This document shows, piece after piece, positions 16,224 to 24,958 of a stretch of 64,000 nucleotides of DNA. The translations under genes and the position numbers were made by a program. The stretch is from a virus, in the IMG/VR virus record IMGVR_UViG_3300002063_000001, positions 1 through 64,000 of that record. One strand, written 5' to 3'. The stretch's first letter is position 1. Each line of letters opens with the position of its first letter. Below the pieces are notes generated by a model. The model was given only the letters and a program-made list of their open reading frames with translations. It was not told the DNA's origin and made no database searches.

Positions 16224-16804
16224 TATGGTAATCGTTTTAGTATGCTTTGTTTAGTAGTGAAAGTTATCTCCGGGTCTGGGTGCACATCCGTGTCCAAGTA
16301 TGCTATGATAGTAGCATCAGTCTCATTATTGATAGCATCTTTAAAAGCCTGTGGATCTCCGAGCAACCATTTCTGTACGGCATCTATGTAGTGATCTAAT
16401 ATGGCATTTACCATATTTTCTATAGGAGTACCCTTTGCCGCTTTACGCAAGTAGTTGTACGATGTCTTGTACCTGCTCTGCCACAGTGTCTCTTCATTAC
16501 GTACTAAGTCGTAGCTTATCTTTTCACAGTACACAGTGCCATCCTCATTGTACACTTTCATGTGATTCTTTATCTGAGTAAGCACACCGTCTACTTCTAC
16601 ATCCTCAAAATCTATTGATACCGCTACTTGACTTGTTTGGGCTTCATCTACAAATAAAAACTCTTGTCTGTACTTAGCACCTATGCTAGTTTTTTTAGAC
16701 TCTGGTTTTTGGAGACCTATTTTCTTAAAATCAAGAGCCATAAGACCTTCGGTGTCATTTGTATCAAACTGTATGAGAGACGGTAATTGTTCTATCCAGG
16801 TCAT
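16223..16804 (-). CDS. Hypothetical late-module protein
   Basis: 193-aa ORF, contiguous with neighbours on the same strand. Confidence 0.6.
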   Translation of the reverse strand: MTWIEQLPSLIQFDTNDTEGLMALDFKKIGLQKPESKKTSIGAKYRQEFLFVDEAQTSQVAVSIDFEDVEVDGVLTQIKNHMKVYNEDGTVYCEKISYDLVRNEETLWQSRYKTSYNYLRKAAKGTPIENMVNAILDHYIDAVQKWLLGDPQAFKDAINNETDATIIAYLDTDVHPDPEITFTTKQSILKRLP

Positions 16805-17340
16805 TACTCAAAAATGTATAATTGGTTAGTGTACGAGTGGCAGTTCTTTATCTTGCTAGTGCTAGATAATATCACCATATCACCCTTTTTAAACTCAAAA
16901 TCTATCGTATGCACAGACATGGCTAATTTTCTGTGCTTGCTTGCTATTTCCTTAGTGATAAACTCGCCCGCTTTTTGGAACTTACCGTCACGCTTCACAT
17001 CGATACGATATGTGTAGTCTTTACCACCTTTGTGGTTTCTACGCTCACCTAGATGTATGGTTAGTTTATTACTATCCTTAGCTAGCACTTTACCATTCTC
17101 ATAATCTGCGAGTAGGGTAGGAGTAGACTTGTTACCAAAGTACTGATTAAAGTATGGATACTGTATCCCTCTACTTCTATGCACTCCACGCCATTGGTTT
17201 TTATAATGATACATAAGTGGAGAAATAGAGAATGTCTCCACGCTTTTCATAGCGTTAAACTCTAGTATATTTTCACCTTCTGGGGCTGGGCCATCGGTGA
17301 ATAGAGTCATTGTATTTACATCTATAAATAGTCTTACCAT
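16804..17340 (-). CDS. Hypothetical late-module protein
   Basis: 178-aa ORF, contiguous with neighbours on the same strand. Confidence 0.6.
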   Translation of the reverse strand: MVRLFIDVNTMTLFTDGPAPEGENILEFNAMKSVETFSISPLMYHYKNQWRGVHRSRGIQYPYFNQYFGNKSTPTLLADYENGKVLAKDSNKLTIHLGERRNHKGGKDYTYRIDVKRDGKFQKAGEFITKEIASKHRKLAMSVHTIDFEFKKGDMVILSSTSKIKNCHSYTNQLYIFE

Positions 17341-18206
17341 TACTGCGTTATCACTTTTATATTCTCTACCTTAAATACTCTGTAACCTATGAAGGTAACA
17401 AAGAAGTTAGCTATGTCATACACTCCCGTATGAGACTGTATAGAGTTACCGTTTATGAATGTTTCCATAGTAGTAGTGGTGAGCTCTATTTTTATCTGAT
17501 CTCCTTCGGCAAATGTGTCTGCATTGCTACCGCCACCGTTATTGTAAATAGTAGCCGTAGTACCCGCAGATACATATATTCTAGGGCTACCACTACGTGC
17601 GGTACTATTGTCTCCATTTAGCTTAATGTGGCAGTACGCATTACTCGCATCATTCAGTTCTACTATGTCAAACTGAATGATAGCCTTAGTAGGTGCATTA
17701 AAAGCCCCGCCAAAGTATGCGTGCTCATTCCATCCATCACCAGTATTGTTCTCACATAGGAAACCTCCATCTGTGACTACTACATCATTATTGGCCGCTG
17801 CTGGTACACTCCATAGCTCCACGCCTGCACCTGCTACCTGTGGTGTATACACTACTATATTATCTGATACTACAGTGTGGCTAAATGTATTGCCATCTCC
17901 ATCTGTGAGTACTAGATCATAGTTCTGTATGGTAGCATCTGCGGTAATATCTAGTATGAGCGTAGAAAACGTCTGAGACACTAAAGATACGCTGCCACCG
18001 CCTGTAGTCTGTCCTACAAAAGTGTATGACACTATGTAGTCCATAAAATTACCTCTTATGATAATCTGCTCGGTGCTAGATATAGCCATAAGGTCTACAC
18101 CATAGCTCACCACTTCTACAGACGGCTTATATACAGCAGCCTTTATCGCCTTTAGGTAAGGCGTGATAAGTTGTCTAAACTTCGTTTTGTAGCTAAATAC
18201 TGGCAA
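17340..18206 (-). CDS. Hypothetical fiber/receptor-binding-module protein sharing an N-terminal domain with 18210..18695
   Basis: The N-terminus MPVFSYKTKFRQLITPYLKAIKAAV parallels MAIFDFKAQFRALLAPYLKEIKARI of the adjacent gene. The remainder is beta-rich and Thr/Gly/Asn-rich. Confidence 0.55.
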   Translation of the reverse strand: MPVFSYKTKFRQLITPYLKAIKAAVYKPSVEVVSYGVDLMAISSTEQIIIRGNFMDYIVSYTFVGQTTGGGSVSLVSQTFSTLILDITADATIQNYDLVLTDGDGNTFSHTVVSDNIVVYTPQVAGAGVELWSVPAAANNDVVVTDGGFLCENNTGDGWNEHAYFGGAFNAPTKAIIQFDIVELNDASNAYCHIKLNGDNSTARSGSPRIYVSAGTTATIYNNGGGSNADTFAEGDQIKIELTTTTMETFINGNSIQSHTGVYDIANFFVTFIGYRVFKVENIKVITQ

Positions 18207-18209
18207 TTC

Positions 18210-18695
18210 TTATGCTGCTGCGTAATCTGCTTGTGCTTCTCCGTCTGTAATATCTACGGCAAAATCTGCTGATCTGGTAACTTCGCTAGAGTTTTCCTCT
18301 GGTGCTGCTGCTAAAAACTTCTGTGCTGCGTCTCCGCCTATCTTGGCAAATGCTGCAAATAGCTGAACTATGCTCATAGCCTTGTCTGTAGCTGTACCTG
18401 TAGTCACGTCTGCTGCACTACCAAATATTTCTGATACTATCTCCGTGAATGAAGATATGTCTGCGGCAAATCCCCATGCAGTACCATTCCAGGAGTAGAT
18501 ACCACTCTCGTTGGTACCATCATCACTAGTAAGTATGGCCCAGTCGCCATTGTCTACATCTGTGGTGGGGAATGCTGCTACTGTAGCTTCGCTAGCTACT
18601 AGTGTACCTTCTACTGCTCCTATGCGTGCTTTTATCTCCTTGAGATACGGTGCTAAGAGTGCTCTAAATTGTGCTTTAAAATCAAATATTGCCAT
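18210..18695 (-). CDS. Hypothetical protein, N-terminal paralog of 17340..18206
   Basis: 161 aa. Shares an N-terminal segment of about 25 aa with the downstream gene and is Ala-rich. Confidence 0.55.
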   Translation of the reverse strand: MAIFDFKAQFRALLAPYLKEIKARIGAVEGTLVASEATVAAFPTTDVDNGDWAILTSDDGTNESGIYSWNGTAWGFAADISSFTEIVSEIFGSAADVTTGTATDKAMSIVQLFAAFAKIGGDAAQKFLAAAPEENSSEVTRSADFAVDITDGEAQADYAAA

Positions 18696-18707
18696 TGTGT
18701 TTATGTA

Positions 18708-18923
18708 TTATGCGTTGTTAAAATCTTGTGTGGCTTCTATGCCTGTTATTATTACTGTGTTAGCGTTTTCTAGTTCGTCTTCTATTTCTTCTAAAGTGTC
18801 ACCCTCTGTACTAGCACCTGCTACTATTTCGGCTTTTAGCTCGGCTTTCACCTCTGACTTTAGTGTGGCTATCTCTGTTGGGCTTAGTGTCCCACTACCT
18901 GATATGTTTATGCTCGTTCCCAT
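18708..18923 (-). CDS. Hypothetical small acidic coiled-coil protein
   Basis: 71-aa ORF between the fiber gene and the paralog pair (EIATLKSEVKAELKAEIVAG...EEIEDELE). Confidence 0.45.
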   Translation of the reverse strand: MGTSINISGSGTLSPTEIATLKSEVKAELKAEIVAGASTEGDTLEEIEDELENANTVIITGIEATQDFNNA

Positions 18924-18974
18924 TTTATGAACTATTTCCTATAAATCCTGTTGTTACTGACATTATACTTATAT

Positions 18975-21900
18975 TTAATTCATTATTGCAGTGAAAGTAA
19001 TATCAACAAACATATCTACGTCATTGTCGTTATCTCTGTTTATAGAAATTGTATTAGTGCTATCTCTTTTAACAAAACACATACGATTAGCAAAATCTCC
19101 ACTTCCTAATGAACTACCTATACCTTGTACAGATACTACGTCCTTAGCACCTGTTACTTCGAATGTAATTTCTCCATCATTGTCTAAGTACATTCTAAGT
19201 GAATAATACCTTTTATTCCCCTCTTGTACATAGGATGCGAAATCACTGTTCCAATTAAAATCTAAATTCCCAGGACTAGTAGATGTGTTTACACTCCATG
19301 TTGTTCCAGATAATTGATTAAGTGTTGATAATACTGAAACCCCAGTTACTTCACTAACAGTAGCAGGTTCAAATCGACTAGTTGTACTATTCCATACTCC
19401 AAAATCACCATCAGACCAGTTTGCTTGTGATGCTGTAGGTAAGTCATTAGTATTGACTACTGTTTTTTGTGCTTTTATACCTACAATACGTACCGCAACA
19501 AGACTTATATCTCCAATAACAGTTCCGTTTTCACCAAATCCACTTACGACCGAGTTGTCATTGGTAATGTTAAAGAAGACATTTGCATTTGTGGTTCCTT
19601 CACCATCAACTCGAACTCGTATACCCGAAGTCTTGCCAGCAGCGTCAAAAAACTTTGCGTTTACAGTCTCAGAACCAGCAAGAATTGTTCCCGTTGCTGT
19701 AGGTAGCTCCCAAACTTCAAAGCGAATTTTGTCGTAGATTGCACTCAAAGATGTGTACGCTTGTCCAATATCAATTGATGCTGCACTCAATCCACCAGTA
19801 GAGCCATCAAACAACACAACTTCAACGTCCTCTACAGGTACTGCATCTGGCATTATTATTGACAAATCTGAAATCTTACGACACGTAACAATACCTACAT
19901 GGTCATTTATTGCGTAAAAAGTAGGGTCGTAATTATCTCCAGTAGCTCCATTTTGTGAGTAAGCATTTAAGCTTAGTGTAGAGTTTGGTTGAACGTTGGA
20001 TATTTTAAATGTTTGAGTTTCCTTATTTGTACCTCCATCATACTCAAATCCTGTAAAAGTTGGTGCTGCTCCATTTACTGAAATTCCCAAAGAGTAATCT
20101 TCTGACCAATCTGTACCTGAAAGCTTTACTTCAAGCTCAAAATCACCTCCTTTTATTGTTGTAAATTCTCCTGTTTCAGGGTCAGCTGATAAATCAGTAC
20201 CTTTAATAATCGTACTAACTACTTGTTGATTTGTATTTGCATCAGAATTCCTAAATAATGGAGTACCTTTTCCACCGTTTTGATTTCCAAAGGTGTAAGG
20301 CTGTGATGAAGTAGCTTTAAGCTTTAATGATGCTGCTGATAGTTTCTGAGGTGTAACCATTCCTGCAAGTGTCTTTTCGTTGTAATTATCTACAATAGTG
20401 TAAAGCTGATAGGCACGGTTTGCCTGTCTTGTTTCTACGTCACCTGTAATGCTGTGACCGTCTGTAACATCACCAGGACTTGTTCCACCCGAATTAGGGA
20501 ACCAAGTTGTAGAACCTCTCCAAAATGCCAAGTTATTACTAGTACCTATATCTTGAGTTCCACCACTGGTATTAGCTGAATACTTAATACCGTGACCTTG
20601 ACCATTATTAACACTTAAACCATTAGCAGCGGTTGCATCTTGCTGAAATGTACCCTCTGAAGCCGCATTCCCTCCAAGATTACGCAGAATCATACCATCC
20701 ACATTGGCTGGGAATACAATATCGTTACCAGAGACAAATTCAGGATACATTGCAGCCCATACAGGATAGTCTACTGCTCCATTGGTAACTGTCCCAGCCG
20801 ACACAGGTAAGTAACCTTGTACAGTTGAACCTGACTTCGCATAGAAAAACTCACCTACTCGTGAGCTGGTAGATTGTGATTCGCCTACAACATTTACTAC
20901 CCATCCACCTGTTACTTCATCAGCTCGGAATTGCGTACCTGCTGCGTAGTTAGAGAATAAGAATGTGCCGTCTGTTACTCCGTTTAGTGTTTCGCCTGCT
21001 TGTACTGCTAGCGTAGCTGTGTTACTTACATCTTCATTGGTGAATAATTTAACTAGCCCTGTACCTATTGCAGTAGATATTGGTAATGTTTCTGTAATAG
21101 CTCCTACACTTGAATTAATATAATTTGTTATTAACCCTTCTGATGGATTAATTACACAATCAGTTACTTCTAATAAATGGTCAAAACTAGTAGAACCTCC
21201 ACCTGACCAAACGGAGAAATAGTACTCTACTCCTGCTTCCAACACTACATCTGTGTAAGTTTCTTCTGAAGAAGGGGCTATTATCCTATTTGCTTCACTT
21301 GTATAGACTACATCAACGGTTGGATTTGCTTGAGTAGGGATTGAGGTTGTAATTGTAAATGCGTTTGTCCCAGTATTAGCCCCTACATTATGCTTAATAG
21401 TGTAAGTACCGCTCTGAGTAAAAGTATACTTACCTACATTAATGTATTGCGGGCCAACTGCGTTTGATTGCGTAACGTCACCGTAGAACAATGGTCTATT
21501 AGGTACATCGCCTTTACCTAATACACCCCAAGTCCACACATTAGGATCATTAGTCGGATTACCTACGTACGTTTGCAGCCACTTCCTATCCGTATTGTAA
21601 TAAGTATCTCCTATTTTAACATCCCCATCTACCTCTAGCTGCCTAATATTTAAGGCTGCTAGTGAGGGGAACCCTGTATTCTCTATTCTTAAATCTCTAA
21701 AGAAGAAATTGAATTGAGACTCCTTCATATTAGCGGGGCCTCCATTAGAGACTAAATCATTGTACTTTAAATCAGAAAATGTGGCTAGTGTACCCGGATT
21801 CAAAAATTTGCTATCTCCACCTAATTCAAATGATATTTTACCATCTAAAGCAGTTACTAATATATTTAAACCTATCTGTAGGTCTTGAGTATTTTGAGTA

Positions 21901-23243
21901 TTGCCAACGTAAGATTGTCCAAATACATAAAACTCTTTGGTAGTATTGTTTGGAATACTTAATTGATCTAAGTGTGTAGAGCTATTCTTATTATCGGTTA
22001 TCTTAAAGTATCCGTTTCTAACATTAGCGGCATTAGGAGTCCAGTCAAAAACCTGGCGTGTGTGATCCCCGTATAGTGGCTGGTTATCTTTTTCGTTATT
22101 AAATCCTGAAAGAGTAATATCTAACCTGTGACTATTAACTGTATTAGTTCCTCCGCTGAAAACGCCAATGTAATACTCTCCTTTAGGTATCGTTACTTGA
22201 TATTCTTTTACAGGAGTTACACTTGTGACTCTATTGCCTGTAGAAGAAAATACGTCTGGATTAGCAATTCCATTAGCATCATCATCTAATGGGACGGTAG
22301 ATATTCCAAATCCTGCCCCATTTGTAGTATTAATATCAAAAGCACTATGCCTTACAGTAATTGTTTGGTCGTGTGCTACTACAAATTTGCCAGCTTCTTT
22401 TCCGCTTATCGAACTTCCACCTGTATTAGCTGTTCTGCCAATATTATCAAATACTAAAGTGTATTCGTTTTTAACTAAAACTTTATCGTCAGTACCTATC
22501 TCTAGTAATTGGCCATTGTCTTCTGATATTGCACCTCCTGGTGTTTGGTATCTAACAAATACCTGAGTTCCATTCTTAGAAAAATAACCTTGAGAGCCTA
22601 TTGGTATAGGTAGTGGGCTGCTGACACTATTAGTGATAGATCCATCAGCGTGAACTTGTGTAAAGTTGCCACTATTTCTAATTAATGTAAAGGTAGATGA
22701 CGTTACGTGGAAATGGTACGCTTCTCCATCCTCAAAATCTTCTAACAGGTCATCTACATTTGCTGGATTAGAAAATACTATTGCATTTTGCTTGCCTGAC
22801 CCTTTAGCCTCATTTACACTTAGCTTCGCATTTGCAAAATTAGCTGCATCTTCTGTAACGGTAATTATATCCCCCTTCTTAAAGGTATAAGATATAAAAG
22901 GCCCTCCATCAAATAGCTGAAACGAACCTTCTCCTTCTGCAATAAATTGAGTCCCTGCTTTAATGTCGGTAGGAGCACCGTCTATGTAAGCGTTGCCAGT
23001 AGTAGGTGCTGGGAATACTGTAAAATCATAATCTCCTGCATTGATCGTGCCTTTGTACAGTGCATCATCACCTCCGAAACTATCTCTACTAATGTATCTA
23101 AATCCACGAGGTTCTAGTGTATCCACCAATAGCACATTATTATGGTACTGTGTAGAGTCTGGGTAAGTGTATACGCTCTTTTTTATCTGAGCATTGGCCG
23201 TTACCGAAAGGAATGATATTAATATAAATAAAATCTTTTTCAT
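18975..23243 (-). CDS. Giant fiber/adhesin-like protein (1422 aa) with an N-terminal Sec-type signal peptide
   Basis: The N-terminus is MKKILFILISFLSVTANAQ|IKK. The composition is Gly/Thr/Asn/Ser-rich and beta-type throughout. No enzymatic motif was recognised. Confidence 0.55.
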   Translation of the reverse strand: MKKILFILISFLSVTANAQIKKSVYTYPDSTQYHNNVLLVDTLEPRGFRYISRDSFGGDDALYKGTINAGDYDFTVFPAPTTGNAYIDGAPTDIKAGTQFIAEGEGSFQLFDGGPFISYTFKKGDIITVTEDAANFANAKLSVNEAKGSGKQNAIVFSNPANVDDLLEDFEDGEAYHFHVTSSTFTLIRNSGNFTQVHADGSITNSVSSPLPIPIGSQGYFSKNGTQVFVRYQTPGGAISEDNGQLLEIGTDDKVLVKNEYTLVFDNIGRTANTGGSSISGKEAGKFVVAHDQTITVRHSAFDINTTNGAGFGISTVPLDDDANGIANPDVFSSTGNRVTSVTPVKEYQVTIPKGEYYIGVFSGGTNTVNSHRLDITLSGFNNEKDNQPLYGDHTRQVFDWTPNAANVRNGYFKITDNKNSSTHLDQLSIPNNTTKEFYVFGQSYVGNTQNTQDLQIGLNILVTALDGKISFELGGDSKFLNPGTLATFSDLKYNDLVSNGGPANMKESQFNFFFRDLRIENTGFPSLAALNIRQLEVDGDVKIGDTYYNTDRKWLQTYVGNPTNDPNVWTWGVLGKGDVPNRPLFYGDVTQSNAVGPQYINVGKYTFTQSGTYTIKHNVGANTGTNAFTITTSIPTQANPTVDVVYTSEANRIIAPSSEETYTDVVLEAGVEYYFSVWSGGGSTSFDHLLEVTDCVINPSEGLITNYINSSVGAITETLPISTAIGTGLVKLFTNEDVSNTATLAVQAGETLNGVTDGTFLFSNYAAGTQFRADEVTGGWVVNVVGESQSTSSRVGEFFYAKSGSTVQGYLPVSAGTVTNGAVDYPVWAAMYPEFVSGNDIVFPANVDGMILRNLGGNAASEGTFQQDATAANGLSVNNGQGHGIKYSANTSGGTQDIGTSNNLAFWRGSTTWFPNSGGTSPGDVTDGHSITGDVETRQANRAYQLYTIVDNYNEKTLAGMVTPQKLSAASLKLKATSSQPYTFGNQNGGKGTPLFRNSDANTNQQVVSTIIKGTDLSADPETGEFTTIKGGDFELEVKLSGTDWSEDYSLGISVNGAAPTFTGFEYDGGTNKETQTFKISNVQPNSTLSLNAYSQNGATGDNYDPTFYAINDHVGIVTCRKISDLSIIMPDAVPVEDVEVVLFDGSTGGLSAASIDIGQAYTSLSAIYDKIRFEVWELPTATGTILAGSETVNAKFFDAAGKTSGIRVRVDGEGTTNANVFFNITNDNSVVSGFGENGTVIGDISLVAVRIVGIKAQKTVVNTNDLPTASQANWSDGDFGVWNSTTSRFEPATVSEVTGVSVLSTLNQLSGTTWSVNTSTSPGNLDFNWNSDFASYVQEGNKRYYSLRMYLDNDGEITFEVTGAKDVVSVQGIGSSLGSGDFANRMCFVKRDSTNTISINRDNDNDVDMFVDITFTAIMN

Positions 23244-23446
23244 TATACTGGTGTGGTTATGATGTCTCCGTTATTGTCTATAGTTAATTTTACTCGCTTG
23301 CTAGCATCTGGGCTTTCTAAAATAACACCTTCGCCCGGCACTATTATTTCTAGTGATGTCCCAGCATCTTCTGCAGCTGTGATTTCGTTCGTCAACACTC
23401 CTGTCACATATATTCGAGTTGCGTTTGTTGAATTATGTATGCTCAT
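23243..23446 (-). CDS. Hypothetical small protein
   Basis: 67-aa ORF exactly filling the space between two large genes, sharing boundary nucleotides with both. Confidence 0.45.
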   Translation of the reverse strand: MSIHNSTNATRIYVTGVLTNEITAAEDAGTSLEIIVPGEGVILESPDASKRVKLTIDNNGDIITTPV

Positions 23447-23447
23447 C

Positions 23448-24833
23448 TTATTGTCCTATTCTCGTTTCTGTGATAGTGATAGTAGCTCCTGTACTTGCTA
23501 TCACTGGCAATGTTACAGCTGTGCTCAGGTCAAAATTGTCGTCTCCCCAACTAGCAGAGAATCCATCTACCAAAGGGACAGTGGATCCGTTACTACCTGT
23601 ATACGTAGCTCCTGAACCTACTACCTTCACTGCAAATGAGCGAGTAAGTATGCTTGGGCTCCACGAGCCTCCGTTAGCAATCTCTACTAGATTGGCCTGC
23701 CACTTAGTAGCTACTCCTGCTTCATCATCTGGTGTGGCTGTACCTTGTACTACGTATGGTGTAGTGAGGAATCTATCTGTATAGTCGCCTACCTCTGTAG
23801 TGACTATAGCTCCATCTACCACCTTATGTACGAATCCTCTGTAGAATGCGGTGAGTACACCTGCATTATCATCTACAAAAGGCCATATCTCTAAGTTATC
23901 ATTGCTACCACAGTCTGCTAGTGCTAGTGTGATACCTGTATAACCTGCGTATGGTGTAGCTGGTGCTGCTATAGCCTCGGTAACACCTTCGGCCACTTTC
24001 TCGTACCACACTACTTGGAATGTGCCGAGTTCTGTGTCTGTACCTGTACCTATATCTGTACCTGCTGCTGGGACTACAAACTCAAACGAGTTTCTGTACC
24101 CGTCAGTACTAGGGTCTAGTTGTGGTGCTGAGTGCAGTTTGCCATCTATGCAGTTTTCACCTGTGATGAATTGTACACCTGTACCATTTATCGTAATAGC
24201 AGCACCATACTTTGTATTAGGAAGTGCTGTAATGTCGTACCCTAAGTTACCCACTGGTATAGTGAGCGGATTTGCGGCATCTACAAATACGGACCTGGCT
24301 ACTACACCAAATCGCTCTATCTCCAAGTCTGAGAACTCAAATGCTCCAGCATAAGGGTCTGTAATTGTACCATCCTCGTCTATCTTCACATATACAGTGC
24401 TTTCAGCACCCGTATTCTCATCACGAACCACCTTAATAAACACCTTACTTACCACATCTCCATTAGCATCTTTCACTACGCCCACATTCTGTAAATTAGT
24501 CTCCACTGGCTGTAGGATAGTAGGGGCAGGCACCCCGGCAACCGAAACTGAAAGACCAGACACGGCTTCTGCTAACTCTGCAGCAGTAGTAAAAGGGATA
24601 GTAGTAGTTACAGCATTTGCATCTATCCTAAACTCTTCGTGAGAGTGATTATGCGTTTTATCTGTAATTACAAAGCTGCCAAGTCTACCTGCGGTATCAG
24701 AAGCCGCTTCCCTTACGCTTATATTCTCATATTGGATATGTTTAGTGTTTTTCTTACGAGATCCACTAAGAAAATACTCAATAGTAATATGGGTTCCGGT
24801 ATCGGTTAATGTTGTGTCTGGATATTGTACCAT
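23448..24833 (-). CDS. Hypothetical structural protein (first gene after a palindromic motif)
   Basis: 461-aa ORF, Thr/Gly/Val/Ala-rich. The conserved motif at 24864..24886 precedes it. Confidence 0.6.
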   Translation of the reverse strand: MVQYPDTTLTDTGTHITIEYFLSGSRKKNTKHIQYENISVREAASDTAGRLGSFVITDKTHNHSHEEFRIDANAVTTTIPFTTAAELAEAVSGLSVSVAGVPAPTILQPVETNLQNVGVVKDANGDVVSKVFIKVVRDENTGAESTVYVKIDEDGTITDPYAGAFEFSDLEIERFGVVARSVFVDAANPLTIPVGNLGYDITALPNTKYGAAITINGTGVQFITGENCIDGKLHSAPQLDPSTDGYRNSFEFVVPAAGTDIGTGTDTELGTFQVVWYEKVAEGVTEAIAAPATPYAGYTGITLALADCGSNDNLEIWPFVDDNAGVLTAFYRGFVHKVVDGAIVTTEVGDYTDRFLTTPYVVQGTATPDDEAGVATKWQANLVEIANGGSWSPSILTRSFAVKVVGSGATYTGSNGSTVPLVDGFSASWGDDNFDLSTAVTLPVIASTGATITITETRIGQ

Positions 24834-24863
24834 ATCTAATAATCTTACACAAAAGTAGATTAC

Positions 24864-24886
24864 AGATACAACATATATTTGTTATT
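24864..24886. promoter_or_regulatory. Degenerate copy of the 23-bp palindrome (AGATACAA-CATATAT-TTGTTATT)
   Basis: The core and right arm are identical to the 9426 and 40597 sites. It lies 31-53 nt upstream of the minus-strand start at 24833. Confidence 0.5.
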
Positions 24887-24958
24887 ACACTAAATATAGT
24901 GTATTTTATTTGAAATTGTCTTTTACATAGACAATAAGTTAACTTAAAGTCAGATTCA

